From assembly GCA_016932015.1 (NCBI GenBank), contig JAFGDQ010000066.1, forward strand, positions 23,617-87,616: DNA of 64,000 bases, given 5' to 3'. The notes under the pieces are model-generated. The model saw only the letters and a list, made by a program, of their open reading frames with translations. It did no database searches and was not told the origin of the DNA. This document shows, piece after piece, positions 1 to 10,906 of the stretch. Position 1 is the stretch's first letter; each line of letters opens with the position of its first letter. Both the position numbers and the translations under genes were made by a program. The stretch is from Spirochaetota bacterium (GTDB lineage Bacteria > Spirochaetota > UBA4802 > JAFGDQ01).

Positions 1-146
1 ACAAAAGTCTTTGTTTAATATCTAATATAATTAATTCGTAACTATTCAGCTATATCGTAGCGGTTTTTACATAAAAATATCAAATAGCTGAGCAATTACA
101 TTAATTCAATGTTTCATAACCTTGTAAAATTCCGGAGAAATTATTA

Positions 147-602
147 ATGCCTGATAAGGAAATCACAATTGCAAGTAACAGGAAAGCGCGGTTCGAGTAT
201 GAGATCTCGGAAACAATCGAAGCAGGCATTGTTCTGGCCGGTACCGAGGTAAAAGCCTGCAGATCGAACAAGGTTAATATAGAAGAAGCCTATGCGAAAA
301 TTATTGACGGTGAAATATATGTCATAGGTATGAATATTTCCCTGTATGAAATGGGCAACCGCTTTAATCATGAAACCCACAGGCAAAGAAAACTTCTGCT
401 TCATAAGCAGGAGATAAAAAGATTAACAGGAAAACTTAAGGAGAGGGGATTCACGCTTGTCCCTCTTAAGATGTATTTCAAAAACGGAAAGGTTAAGATA
501 TTGATGGGTCTTGGTAAAGGTAAAGCCAAATATGATAAGAGAAAGGCGATTCAGAAGCGCGACCTGGACAGAGAAATGCAGAGAGAATGGAGAAACAGAT
601 AG
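147..602 (+). CDS. smpB: SsrA-binding protein SmpB
   Basis: NRKARFEYEI, EAGIVLAGTEVK, RKLLLHKQEI, GFTLVPLKMYF, basic tail KYDKR. Confidence 0.97.
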   Translation: MPDKEITIASNRKARFEYEISETIEAGIVLAGTEVKACRSNKVNIEEAYAKIIDGEIYVIGMNISLYEMGNRFNHETHRQRKLLLHKQEIKRLTGKLKERGFTLVPLKMYFKNGKVKILMGLGKGKAKYDKRKAIQKRDLDREMQREWRNR

Positions 603-648
603 AATTCAGTTCCGGAATATGATCCGGACTTATATTCTATCTGAAGTC

Positions 649-1704
649 TTACATCTGCCGGTCATTAAAAAAATCCGGTACAGCGTTATTTAAAAATTCG
701 AGTTGGCTCAGAAATTTTAAGATATCCATAACATAGAAGATATTATTATATTCAAATACAGGGTTGTTATCACATTTCCCTTTCAGCTTATAGTTAAAAG
801 TAATTTTATGTTTGATGTTTCCTTCAAAGTCGCTGATACGGATTCCGTCTGCCTGTTCAAATACAATGCCGTTATTAAAAAAGACAATATCAGCTAGTTC
901 GTTAAATATGATTTCAGTTTTAGTTTTTCCTGAATTGATATCTGATCCGGTTAAATAATATTTACCTGCGTCTCCTGTTATATAGTATACTGCATTGTCT
1001 TTAATCGAAATATTTGCCGATGAGATTTTGATATTTCTGCTAATTACTGATTTTTTTTCCAGATCAGCTATATAAAGATTATACTTCCCCGCAAGCCCTA
1101 TTGTAATTGCCAGGATATTGCCGTTATTTTTAAACTCAACATTATATATATCGCTTGTGAACGGTTTATAAAATTTTTCGTCTGTGAAAATTATTTCATT
1201 ACCGGTTAACAGATTATATACATAAATTTTTTTATTTCTGAAATAATATATATTGCTATTGATAACGATGAACGCTTCTATTTTGTTTTCATTATCCTGT
1301 AACGGTTCTATGGTTTTTGTTAAATTGCCTTCAATACCAAATATTTTAAACTCGGTTCCGTTTGAAAGAATAACTTTTTCCGGATTTTTACTGTAATTAA
1401 GTAAATTGTAATCACCGCTGAGTTCAATATCAGCTTCAGCAGGCCATAGAATTTTATAAGTATTCTTATTCTTCGAATACAATAGGTTTCCGGAATATTT
1501 GAAGCTTCCTTTATTGATATTTTTTAAACTTGAAGTAATTATTGTCCAGTCTTCAATATAAGGGATCGCTTTTTCTTTTTCACCATTGTTAATTAATTCA
1601 ATACCTTTGTTCAGTTTTTTTTCTGTGTCAGGAGTGCATTCGAAAAAAAAGAGTGCAAGTAAAAAAGTAAAAAACAGGCTTTTGTATCTGAAGGAAATTA
1701 TCAT
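649..1704 (-). CDS. Hypothetical lipoprotein, beta-strand rich (possible beta-propeller)
   Basis: 351 aa ORF; basic N-terminus, hydrophobic stretch, then Cys23 (LFFFEC). Confidence 0.6.
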   Translation of the reverse strand: MIISFRYKSLFFTFLLALFFFECTPDTEKKLNKGIELINNGEKEKAIPYIEDWTIITSSLKNINKGSFKYSGNLLYSKNKNTYKILWPAEADIELSGDYNLLNYSKNPEKVILSNGTEFKIFGIEGNLTKTIEPLQDNENKIEAFIVINSNIYYFRNKKIYVYNLLTGNEIIFTDEKFYKPFTSDIYNVEFKNNGNILAITIGLAGKYNLYIADLEKKSVISRNIKISSANISIKDNAVYYITGDAGKYYLTGSDINSGKTKTEIIFNELADIVFFNNGIVFEQADGIRISDFEGNIKHKITFNYKLKGKCDNNPVFEYNNIFYVMDILKFLSQLEFLNNAVPDFFNDRQM

Positions 1705-1923
1705 AGCTGTCCCCGTATAAAAATAGTGCTATCAACTTTTTTATGTAATTTTAACACTTGTCAAGTGTTTCATGTATATTTTCAGTATTTATAATAATTT
1801 AACACAGCTTATACCGGACATTTGAAAAAATGATTGTACATAATTATCAATTTTATATTTTTGGAGTCTAATAATATCGTTGTTTATGAAAATTAAGATT
1901 ATTATAATATTACAGAGGTAGCT

Positions 1924-2454
1924 ATGCCTGAAATTGGTATTATAGTGGGAAGTGATTCGGATCTTCCGAAGATTGAAAACTGCTTTAATATTCTTGAAGA
2001 ATTTGGTGTTGATTTTGAAATAATAATTTCCTCGGCACACAGGACTCCTGAAAAAACAAAAGAATGGGTAAGCAGTGCTCAGGAGAAAGGAATTAAAGTT
2101 ATTATAGCTGCTGCTGGCGGGGCGGCTCATCTTCCCGGAGTGGCAGCTTCGCATACAACACTTCCTGTAATCGGTATTCCTGTTGAGACTAAAATTTCAG
2201 GGGGCCTTGACTCAATTTTATCAATACTGCAAATGCCTTCAGGCATACCTGTTGCCACAATGCCGGCCGGGAAGGCGGGCGGGGCAAATGCCGCTCTGCT
2301 GGCAATCAGTATTCTTTCCCTTGTAAATAATGATTACTCTGAAAAACTGAGCCGGTACAGAAAAAAAATGGCGGAAAAAATATTTGACAGGAACGCGGAA
2401 TTGTCAGCTTCCGGATATAAAAATTATATTAAGGCGCTTAAGGAAAATAAATGA
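1924..2454 (+). CDS. purE: N5-carboxyaminoimidazole ribonucleotide mutase
   Basis: [41 protein letters not shown]. Confidence 0.97.
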   Translation: MPEIGIIVGSDSDLPKIENCFNILEEFGVDFEIIISSAHRTPEKTKEWVSSAQEKGIKVIIAAAGGAAHLPGVAASHTTLPVIGIPVETKISGGLDSILSILQMPSGIPVATMPAGKAGGANAALLAISILSLVNNDYSEKLSRYRKKMAEKIFDRNAELSASGYKNYIKALKENK

Positions 2455-4013
2455 AGGACGCAATTGTCAGCCCGGAAGAAAAAGTCATTATTCTGGATTT
2501 CGGGTCTCAGTATACACAGCTTATTGCCAGGTCAATTCGTGAGCTCAAAGTCTATGCTGAAATAGTACCATATAATCAGTCTCTGGAAACTATCAGACGG
2601 GAATCTCCCGGAGGAATTATTCTTTCGGGCGGGCCGTCATCCATATATGAAAAAGATTCACCGCAAGTCTCTGGGGAGATATTTGATCTGGGTGTGCCTG
2701 TTCTGGGAATTTGTTACGGGCTTTATTCAATAACCGATATATTTAAAGGTAAGATGCAGGCCTCTCAGCAGAAAGAATACGGAAGGGCTGTGATAAATAT
2801 AAAATCAAGAACGGGTTTGTTCAAAGACCTTAAAAGCAAAGAGACCGTATGGATGAGTCATGGAGATAAAGTCGTTGTACCGCCGGAAGGTTTCAGGGTA
2901 ACGGCAAGCTCAAAAAATGCCGATATAGCTGCAATAGAGAACAGCAAAACGAAAATATACGGAGTCCAGTTCCATCCTGAGGTGTATCATACCGAAAACG
3001 GCAAGAAAATCCTCAAGAATTTTCTTTTCAATATTTGCGGATTTAAAGGCAAATGGTCAATGAAATCATTTGTTGCCCAGTCAATTGAAGCAATAAAGAA
3101 TGAAGTAGGCAGCGGGACTGTATTGCTGGGTCTGTCCGGAGGAGTAGATTCTTCCGTTGCCGCAGTACTTCTTCAAAGGGCTATAGGCGACAGGCTGTAT
3201 CCGGTTTTTGTCAACAACGGTGTCTTAAGAAAAAATGAAGCTGAAATAGTTATTCGAAGGTTTAAGGAAACGCTTAATCTGAATCTTGTTTATGTTGATG
3301 CCAGCGACAGGTTCCTTAAAAAGTTGAAAGGTGTTGAAGACCCGGAGACTAAAAGAAAGATCATAGGCAGAGAGTTTATAAAAGTCTTTATCAATGAATC
3401 TAAAAAAATAGGACGGTTTGATTTTCTTGCTCAGGGTACATTATACCCTGATGTTATTGAGTCTGTTTCCACCAAGGGGCCTTCGGATACAATAAAGAGC
3501 CATCATAACAGAGTGCCTGAGGTCCTTAAGCTGATTAAATCGGGAAAGGTTATCGAGCCTTTGAAGGAACTTTTCAAAGATGAGGTCAGGGCGCTGGGCA
3601 AAGAACTTGGAATGTCTGACGGGCTGATTCACAGGCATCCGTTTCCAGGGCCGGGCCTTGCCATCAGAATAATAGGCGAGGTGACAGGAGAAAGGCTGCA
3701 GATACTTCAGGAAGCGGACGACATCCTTGTAAGCGAAATTAAAAACGCCGGGCTCTACAATAAGCTGTGGCAGATTTTCGCGGTTTTCCTGCCGGTCAGG
3801 TCTGTTGGAGTTATGGGGGATAAAAGGACTTATGAAAATGTTATCGCAATAAGAGGAGTAACTTCTGTTGACGCTATGACTGCTGACTGGGCCTATCTGC
3901 CTGAAGCTGTTTTAAGGCACATTTCCGGAAGAATAATAAATGAAGTGAAAGGTGTTAACAGGGTTGTTTATGACATATCCTCGAAACCGCCGAGTACTAT
4001 TGAATGGGAGTAA
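2451..4013 (+). CDS. guaA: GMP synthase (glutamine-hydrolysing)
   Basis: [45 protein letters not shown]. Confidence 0.98.
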   Translation: MKDAIVSPEEKVIILDFGSQYTQLIARSIRELKVYAEIVPYNQSLETIRRESPGGIILSGGPSSIYEKDSPQVSGEIFDLGVPVLGICYGLYSITDIFKGKMQASQQKEYGRAVINIKSRTGLFKDLKSKETVWMSHGDKVVVPPEGFRVTASSKNADIAAIENSKTKIYGVQFHPEVYHTENGKKILKNFLFNICGFKGKWSMKSFVAQSIEAIKNEVGSGTVLLGLSGGVDSSVAAVLLQRAIGDRLYPVFVNNGVLRKNEAEIVIRRFKETLNLNLVYVDASDRFLKKLKGVEDPETKRKIIGREFIKVFINESKKIGRFDFLAQGTLYPDVIESVSTKGPSDTIKSHHNRVPEVLKLIKSGKVIEPLKELFKDEVRALGKELGMSDGLIHRHPFPGPGLAIRIIGEVTGERLQILQEADDILVSEIKNAGLYNKLWQIFAVFLPVRSVGVMGDKRTYENVIAIRGVTSVDAMTADWAYLPEAVLRHISGRIINEVKGVNRVVYDISSKPPSTIEWE

Positions 4014-4064
4014 CGAACTCCTTACTTAACTTATGAATTCATTGAGAAATGCGTATTTTTTATG

Positions 4065-4583
4065 TTAAAATTTATATATCATTCTGCCTATTAAAGCATT
4101 TTTTTTAACAGGCCCGATTTCCCTGCTGTCCATGCTATGATCCAGATTGTCTCCTAAGAGAAAGACTTCGTCTTTCTTTATGGTTGTTTCTTCCATATTG
4201 TCCCTTTTTGAAAAGTATCCCGGGAAAATACGCCTGTCTGTAATAATCGCGTAATCATTGTGTAATGAACTGTTAATAAATATTTTTTTATTTTTAACTT
4301 CTATTTTTTTTTCACCGGATGCTATTAGTCTTTTCAGTATAACTTTATCCTGCTCTACCGGGCTTTCCGCAAGAACAATGTCTCCTTGCTCCGGAGAACC
4401 GATTTTCAGTATCAGCAGGTAATCTCCTTTATGTAGTGTGGGTTCCATGGAATCGTCCTGAACAATAAACGGCATTAAAAAAAACAGTCTGGTTAATATC
4501 AATCCGGCAATTATCCCTGCTATAGAAATGAAAAATTTTATAAACTTCGGGACTCCGAATGTTTTTTCATCGGCAAATTGCAT
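4065..4583 (-). CDS. lepB: Signal peptidase I
   Basis: N-terminal TM; catalytic Ser (SMEPTL) and Lys (ILKRL); GDNLDHSMDSR. Confidence 0.9.
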   Translation of the reverse strand: MQFADEKTFGVPKFIKFFISIAGIIAGLILTRLFFLMPFIVQDDSMEPTLHKGDYLLILKIGSPEQGDIVLAESPVEQDKVILKRLIASGEKKIEVKNKKIFINSSLHNDYAIITDRRIFPGYFSKRDNMEETTIKKDEVFLLGDNLDHSMDSREIGPVKKNALIGRMIYKF

Positions 4584-4733
4584 TAAGACTGCTCCTTAAA
4601 TTATACTTATGCTAAAGTGATCAGCAGTATCAATATTTATCAATAAAAAAACACCTGAACATGTAATTACAATCAAACTTGACAAAGATAAGTGCGAATA
4701 TAACGATTGCCTTAATTATTCGGGAGACAACTG

Positions 4734-5327
4734 ATGGATTTTAATTTTAATAGTGAAAATGATTATACAAAATTTAAGCAGACAATAAAACAGAGGCTTG
4801 CACACAGGGATAAAATCAAAGCGGAGAAAACCGGAACAAGGCCCGCGGCAGTAATGATGCTCCTGATGAATAAAAACGGTAAAGTAAATGTATTCCTGAC
4901 AAAACGTACCCATAATGTCAGAACTCATAAAGGCCAGGTGTCTTTTCCGGGCGGAGCATGGGAGGAGGATGACGGAAATATCCTTGAAACTGCGCTGCGC
5001 GAGACATATGAGGAAACCGGTATTAAGCCTGATGATATTGAGTTAATCGGTGAATTTGATGAATTTATTTCAATAAGTGACTTTCATGTCAGTACGTTTG
5101 TAGGCGCAATTCCGTATCCGTACGAATACCGGATGAATAAGTCGGAAATTGAAGCATGCATAGAAGCACCGGTTTCAATTTTTTATAATAAAGAATACAG
5201 CAATGTTGACTATTATTACTATAATAATAAAAAAATGGCTAATTACTGCTATGAGTATATGGATTTTACTATATGGGGACTTACCGCAAGGATTTTGACA
5301 TTATTTGCGGAAAATGTACTGTACTGA
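4734..5327 (+). CDS. Nudix hydrolase, CoA pyrophosphatase (NudL/PCD1) type
   Basis: LTKR...HKGQVSFPGG, ALRETYEETG Nudix box, IWGLTA. Confidence 0.92.
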   Translation: MDFNFNSENDYTKFKQTIKQRLAHRDKIKAEKTGTRPAAVMMLLMNKNGKVNVFLTKRTHNVRTHKGQVSFPGGAWEEDDGNILETALRETYEETGIKPDDIELIGEFDEFISISDFHVSTFVGAIPYPYEYRMNKSEIEACIEAPVSIFYNKEYSNVDYYYYNNKKMANYCYEYMDFTIWGLTARILTLFAENVLY

Positions 5328-5485
5328 TATGGCCGCGTATGATTCACGGGCAAAATTCATTGACACGGCAGTCGGGATTGCTCAATATTAACTCCTGCTT
5401 GCGGGAAAGAAAATTATCCGGGAAAACAGGTTGAATGTTCCGGGTAATTTATTTTTAAAAAATAAATTCAAGAGATTATTAAATT

Positions 5486-5755
5486 ATGAAAAAAGTATTA
5501 TTAGTCGCACTGGCTCTTCTTGCTTTTATTCCGGGTTGTTCTCAAAAGAAAATAACTGAAAGGGAATTTTCAGTTATCTGGGAGGAATATATGCGCAGGG
5601 AATTTGAAGAAAGCTTTGATGAAAAACAGTCGCTGGCCCAGAAAGAAAAAGTCATGTCAGAGATTTTATCCAGAGTACGGATTCCTGTTGAAGACTTCAA
5701 GGAATACATGAAAAATAATCACAACGATAAATACAAAAAAGTATTCATTAAATAA
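5486..5755 (+). CDS. Small hypothetical lipoprotein
   Basis: MKK + hydrophobic segment + IPGC lipobox. Confidence 0.7.
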   Translation: MKKVLLVALALLAFIPGCSQKKITEREFSVIWEEYMRREFEESFDEKQSLAQKEKVMSEILSRVRIPVEDFKEYMKNNHNDKYKKVFIK

Positions 5756-5821
5756 TAAACATCATACAATTTAAATTAAAAGTGATGAGTAATTATCAGG
5801 ATAAAAAATAAGCGAGGCTGT

Positions 5822-7207
5822 ATGTTAAAACGGATCAGAGAACTGAAACTGCATCTTGTGATCGTAACATTCTTAACAGGAACTTTTTTCGGCATAAATA
5901 TTTCAGGCTTGTCAAGGGCTGAAGAGCCGATCCACAAGTATCTTGATTATTTTCACCGGGTGTACCAGACTGTAAAACTCAATTTTGTTGATGTACCGGA
6001 TAATAAGGAGATTTTTTACGGTGCCATAAAAGGAATGATAGCTTCGCTTAATGACCCTTATTCAAGATTTCTTGATGAAGAGGCCTTTATTACTTTGAAG
6101 GAAGAAACAACGGGAAAATTTGTCGGTATAGGAATTGAAATAACAATAAAAGACGGAGAGATAGTTGTAATATCTCCCATTGAAGATACTCCGGCTATGA
6201 AAGAGGGTATACTTTCAGGGGATGTTATAATAAAGGTTGATGATGTTGTAACCAAGGATAAGAATTTATCTGAAATAATTAAACTGATAAAAGGGCTCCC
6301 GAATACGGACGTCAAGCTTACGATCAGAAGAACGGGTTATGATGAACCTATGGATTTTACAATAAAGCGCGTTCCTATAAAGATCAAGACTGTGGATTAC
6401 GGTATACTGAAAGAATATAATAATATCGGATATTTAAAAGTAAAGGTTTTTAGTGCTGAAACTGCAAAGGATATTGAGAATTCACTGAATTTTTTTAATA
6501 AAAATGCTATTAAAAAGGTAATCGTGGATCTCAGATGGAACCCGGGAGGCCTGCTTGACAAGGCGATCAGTATTACGGATTTTTTTCTTGCGAAAGACAA
6601 AATTATTGTTTCAACCAGAGGCAGGGAAGGAACCGGGGATGTCTCTGAGTTTAAAGCTTTGATGGCACCGCTTTATAACGGAGAGCTTGTTGTTCTTGTC
6701 AATAATGGAAGTGCTTCAGCGTCTGAAATTTTTTCGGGAGCAATAAAAGACAATAACAGGGGAAAACTGATCGGCACCAGGACATTCGGAAAGGGGTCAG
6801 TTCAGAAGTTCTTTAATGTGAATGAAAATATCGGTGTTACCCTTACTATTGCCAGGTATTATACACCTTCAGGAGTTTCCATTCACGGGAAAGGAATTGT
6901 GCCTGACTTTGTTGTAAAACAGCCGCAGATTTCTAAACAGGATTCTGAAAGGATCAGGCTGATAACTAAAAGGGATATTCTTGGAAGTTTCGTAAAGTCC
7001 AATAAAAAATATGACGAAGAAACAAGGGATAAATTTAAAGCTCTTCTAAGCAAAGAAGGCCTTGATCTTATGGATAGAACCGCTGATTATATTTTAAAAA
7101 AGGAGATATTCAGATATAAAAATAGCCCTCTTTATGATCTGGAATTTGACAATCAGCTTACGGAAGCCATAAAAATTATTAATTCCATGCCTTCAGTAAA
7201 AGGATAA
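5822..7207 (+). CDS. ctpA: Carboxyl-terminal processing protease (S41A, PDZ)
   Basis: LNDPYS, GIGIEI PDZ, DLRWNPGG, SASASEI, TFGKGSVQ, ARYYTPSG. Confidence 0.95.
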   Translation: MLKRIRELKLHLVIVTFLTGTFFGINISGLSRAEEPIHKYLDYFHRVYQTVKLNFVDVPDNKEIFYGAIKGMIASLNDPYSRFLDEEAFITLKEETTGKFVGIGIEITIKDGEIVVISPIEDTPAMKEGILSGDVIIKVDDVVTKDKNLSEIIKLIKGLPNTDVKLTIRRTGYDEPMDFTIKRVPIKIKTVDYGILKEYNNIGYLKVKVFSAETAKDIENSLNFFNKNAIKKVIVDLRWNPGGLLDKAISITDFFLAKDKIIVSTRGREGTGDVSEFKALMAPLYNGELVVLVNNGSASASEIFSGAIKDNNRGKLIGTRTFGKGSVQKFFNVNENIGVTLTIARYYTPSGVSIHGKGIVPDFVVKQPQISKQDSERIRLITKRDILGSFVKSNKKYDEETRDKFKALLSKEGLDLMDRTADYILKKEIFRYKNSPLYDLEFDNQLTEAIKIINSMPSVKG

Positions 7208-7261
7208 GAGGTATACAGTTAGAAGGAAGATTTATTCTCCTTCCGGGAAAATTGCTATTTC

Positions 7262-8254
7262 ATGAAGAATACAATATTAGGTCTTGGACTGGAAAGCTCA
7301 TGTGACGAGACTTCTGCTTCAGTCGTTGAAAACGGCAGAAAAATTCTTTCGAATAGAATAAAAAGTCAGATAGATCTGCATAAGGATTTTTTCGGAGTCG
7401 TTCCTGAACTGGCTTCCAGAGCGCATCTTGAGACTATTAATGTTCTTGTAAAGAATGCCCTTGAAGAAGCAGGGATAGGTTTTAAAGATCTGGACTACGT
7501 TGCCGCTACGTCAAGACCCGGGCTTGTAGGTTCATTGCTTATCGCGCTTCAGTCTGCCAAAGCTATTTCATATATAATGAAAATTCCGCTGATAGCGGTT
7601 AATCATCTGGAGGCACACCTTTACGCTCCATTTCTCGAAGGAGCCAGTCCGGAATATCCGTGTATTGGCCTTTTGATTTCAGGAGGAAATTGCAATTTAT
7701 ATATTATAAACGGTACCGGCAATATGAAACTTCTCGGGAAGACGGCTGACGATGCTCCGGGAGAGGCTTTTGATAAGGTCGCCAGATATCTGGATCTCGG
7801 ATATCCGGGAGGGCCGCTGGTTGAAAAGCTTGCCCGTGAATCAGGACAAAAACCAAAACTGTTTCCTAAAATAATGGCAGATTCAAACGATTATCGTTTT
7901 TCATACAGCGGCATAAAAACGGCAGTAGTAAATTATGTTAAGGAAAATCCTGACGCCGATAAAAGTGATATTGTTTTCAGCTTTCAGGAAAGAGCGCTTG
8001 AACTTCTTGTCAGAAAAGTGTATTCTGCGGCAAGGGAATTCGGAATCAGGGAAATTCTTGTTGCAGGCGGTGTTGCCGCCAACGGCAGATTAAGGGAAAT
8101 GCTTCAAAAAGAAAAGAAGCCTGATGAGAAAATAATTATAGCTTCACCGATACTTTGCACTGACAATGCTGCCATGATTGCGGGAATCGGGTACCAGTAT
8201 TTTATCAAAGGAAAGAATGATCCATTATCAGTTGATGCGGAGCCAAGAGTATAG
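7262..8254 (+). CDS. tsaD: tRNA N6-adenosine threonylcarbamoyltransferase
   Basis: ESSCDETS, GVVPELASRAH, NHLEAH, DDAPGEAFDK, GGVAAN, CTDNAAMI. Confidence 0.97.
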   Translation: MKNTILGLGLESSCDETSASVVENGRKILSNRIKSQIDLHKDFFGVVPELASRAHLETINVLVKNALEEAGIGFKDLDYVAATSRPGLVGSLLIALQSAKAISYIMKIPLIAVNHLEAHLYAPFLEGASPEYPCIGLLISGGNCNLYIINGTGNMKLLGKTADDAPGEAFDKVARYLDLGYPGGPLVEKLARESGQKPKLFPKIMADSNDYRFSYSGIKTAVVNYVKENPDADKSDIVFSFQERALELLVRKVYSAAREFGIREILVAGGVAANGRLREMLQKEKKPDEKIIIASPILCTDNAAMIAGIGYQYFIKGKNDPLSVDAEPRV

Positions 8255-8257
8255 AAA

Positions 8258-9352
8258 ATGAAATCATTTAAAACATATTTTTTTATAGTATTATTTCTTC
8301 TCGTTTCTGCAGATCTCCGATCCGGGACTATTTCAGGAGCCGGAATAAAATCAGTAAGTATGCATGTTGACCAGTACATAGACTGTGCTAATCTTGAATA
8401 TGATGATTCACCGTATGCGGGACGAACAAATCTGGGTCATCTTTTTATTCCGTATTTTAAGATAGATGCTGTGCCGGTGGAATTAAATCTCGGATGCTGG
8501 TACAAACATGTTTATGTGCAGTACGATGAAGATGAGTCTCCTGAAAAAGTATATCCGTATATGAACGCGGTTTTCCATCCTTCCGGTAAGGTAGATTTCA
8601 CTATTGGCAACTGGCTTAACCTTGCGGTATTTCCGAATACTATATATAATGAATTTATTTTTTTTGAAACGCGCCCTGTATGCTCTGGCCTGAAGCTTGA
8701 TGTAAATAATAAGACAATGAATCTGTCATTGTATATTGACTGGATAGAACTTGATACGGAAGATCATCCTGAGGAATTCATTACAGGCCTTCTATGGAAG
8801 CATCGGGTATTTGACCATTTCTATTATAAACTATTCAATCATTATCATCACAGGGGAGGGCAGCTTTACAAGGATACACATCCGGTACGAATTGAGCAGG
8901 ACATCGCGGCCTCTCCGGTTTTGGGCGCCGAACTTTACGGATTTTATGCTGAAGCGGGATATTATATCAATTCATTTTCTCAGAATTTTGAAGAGTCGGA
9001 ATACGGCCACGCAGGAAGCGGCACTATAGGATACCGCGGTGATTTTTTTAATATTTCATATCAGTGTTTTTACAATAAAAACTACTATCATCAGGATGCT
9101 CATATTTTCTACCTGAAACAGAATAATTTTCTTAACAGGCTCAGAGTTGATTATAATTTTTTTACTTATAAAGATCTTGCGGATGTTAACTTCACTGTCA
9201 ATCTTTACGGTTTGGATCCTCCGGGTATTGATTTCAGGCTTTTCGCGAAAATAAATCTTAATGTAATTCAGTACACTGCTGACACACCTGCGGATATTGA
9301 TGAAAACTCTGCACAGAATTCCGGAGGAATAAGACAGACACCGGAAATCTGA
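8258..9352 (+). CDS. Hypothetical exported protein, possible outer-membrane beta-barrel
   Basis: Signal peptide; alternating aromatic beta-strand pattern; starts 3 bp after tsaD. Confidence 0.55.
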   Translation: MKSFKTYFFIVLFLLVSADLRSGTISGAGIKSVSMHVDQYIDCANLEYDDSPYAGRTNLGHLFIPYFKIDAVPVELNLGCWYKHVYVQYDEDESPEKVYPYMNAVFHPSGKVDFTIGNWLNLAVFPNTIYNEFIFFETRPVCSGLKLDVNNKTMNLSLYIDWIELDTEDHPEEFITGLLWKHRVFDHFYYKLFNHYHHRGGQLYKDTHPVRIEQDIAASPVLGAELYGFYAEAGYYINSFSQNFEESEYGHAGSGTIGYRGDFFNISYQCFYNKNYYHQDAHIFYLKQNNFLNRLRVDYNFFTYKDLADVNFTVNLYGLDPPGIDFRLFAKINLNVIQYTADTPADIDENSAQNSGGIRQTPEI

Positions 9353-9353
9353 A

Positions 9354-10268
9354 ATGAAAAGGCTGTTTTCAGTTTTTCTTTTTCTCTGTTTAATACTATC
9401 TAATCTGTATGCTCAGGAAATATCATCTCCTGCAAATACGGATACACCTGCCTTAAAGAAAAGTTTGAATTTTGATTACTGGCTTTTCGGAAGTATACCT
9501 GCGATAATTGCAGTATGGGGGCTTTGCGCCTGGGGATGGGGTTCTGCTTCAGACTGGCATGTCGACAATGACGGCTGGGGGCTTGAACAGAACTCATATA
9601 CGGGCGGGGCTGACAAGCTTGGACACGCGTGGGGCGTTTACACTATTTCGAGAATCGGATCATTCGCTTTTGAAGCGGAAGGCGACAGCGTGCAGCGGGC
9701 TGCTTTCAAGGGATTTCTCTTCGGGCAGCTGACGGGCCTTGGAATTGAGGTAGGGGACGGCTTCGGAGATTCATACGGATTCGCCTGGGGGGATATGCTC
9801 TGGAATTTCGGGGGAGGATTGATGGCACTCGCTTTTGACCTGTATCCGCCGCTTGATGACCTGATAAGTTTTCAAATGGAATACCGGCCTTCTCAAGATC
9901 ACAGAAATCAGGAACCTGAAAAATGGATTGAAGTAACAAGCGATGTTTCTGGCCAGAAATTTATCGCGGCATTAAAATTTTCAGGCATTCCCCGGCTAAG
10001 GGATACTTTCTTTCAATACTTTCAGATTGATTTTGGTTATTATACAAGAGGATACTGGTTCTCCGACTCCGGTTACAGGCACAAAACCAGGCATACGTAT
10101 ATAGGTTTTGCTGTAAATTTAAGCAGGGTTTCTGACCAGGTACTGCCGCCGGGATGCTGGAGAAAGGCTTTTTCCTCCTTCTTTAAATATTACCATGCTC
10201 CGTTCGCTTATAACCCTGATCTGCTGGATAATACTCTGTCCGGCAGGACTGAAAACGAGTTAAATTAA
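9354..10268 (+). CDS. DUF2279/YfiM-like exported or membrane protein
   Basis: GGADKLGH, IEVGDGF, GFAWGDMLWN, FGYYTRGY resemble DUF2279 motifs. Confidence 0.7.
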   Translation: MKRLFSVFLFLCLILSNLYAQEISSPANTDTPALKKSLNFDYWLFGSIPAIIAVWGLCAWGWGSASDWHVDNDGWGLEQNSYTGGADKLGHAWGVYTISRIGSFAFEAEGDSVQRAAFKGFLFGQLTGLGIEVGDGFGDSYGFAWGDMLWNFGGGLMALAFDLYPPLDDLISFQMEYRPSQDHRNQEPEKWIEVTSDVSGQKFIAALKFSGIPRLRDTFFQYFQIDFGYYTRGYWFSDSGYRHKTRHTYIGFAVNLSRVSDQVLPPGCWRKAFSSFFKYYHAPFAYNPDLLDNTLSGRTENELN

Positions 10269-10314
10269 TATTATACATGCTGGATTATTTTTAACAAAAT
10301 ATACTGATTTCATG

Positions 10315-10803
10315 TTAGCGGGAGGATAAAGAATTTTTTTTATTAATTGTATTTTTTTTCTCAGCGAACCTGACTGCCTGCGTATGCACTTCCCTGACCA
10401 GTTCCGCAGGTGCATTAATAAAGCGAAAAACTTTTTTACTGCCGTCATTCAGTATGAATAATATTTTCCCGAAATTAAGGATTGATCCAAGGGAAGGCTG
10501 ATAAAAATCAAAAACTTTAATATCGGAAAGAGGTATGTAAAAAGATTTAACTGCAGGGAAGCCTATACTGATTATCAGTCTTGAATCTGTTAATAATATT
10601 ATTGATTTATGAAGGCTTATACAGGAAATAGCTCCCCAGATGATGCCGAAAGCAAGGACAATATATGCCTGGGTTGTTTTTGAATCAAGCATTAACCATC
10701 CAATGAGAAGGACAATAAGCGGCCCCAGAAGAATTGCCCAGTGCTGTTTGGCTTTTGAAATTATCTGTTCATCTTTATTAAGCAGATTATCAATTGATCT
10801 CAT
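10315..10803 (-). CDS. Bacterial PH-domain membrane protein
   Basis: E-x6-HW start, two TMs, LTDSRLI, QPSLGSILNFGKI. Confidence 0.8.
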   Translation of the reverse strand: MRSIDNLLNKDEQIISKAKQHWAILLGPLIVLLIGWLMLDSKTTQAYIVLAFGIIWGAISCISLHKSIILLTDSRLIISIGFPAVKSFYIPLSDIKVFDFYQPSLGSILNFGKILFILNDGSKKVFRFINAPAELVREVHTQAVRFAEKKNTINKKNSLSSR

Positions 10804-10820
10804 AATGTTTATGTTTTGAT

Positions 10821-10860
10821 AAAAAAACAGCCTGTCAATTATTAAATTGTCAGGCTGTTT
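10821..10860 (-). terminator. Intrinsic terminator after dctM
   Basis: Imperfect inverted repeat AAACAGCCTG...CAGGCTGTTT with A-run (U-tract on minus strand). Confidence 0.7.
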
Positions 10861-10906
10861 AAAAGTTCAGGGTTTTGATTAACAGATGTTACAAATTAAG
10901 ATTTTT

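Noticed and set aside
1-700. tmRNA next to smpB
   Set aside because: No tRNA-like ends or tag frame recognised; smpB is followed directly by a convergent gene.
5411-5450. Hairpin upstream of the small lipoprotein as an ncRNA
   Set aside because: A single imperfect stem with no family motif; insufficient support.
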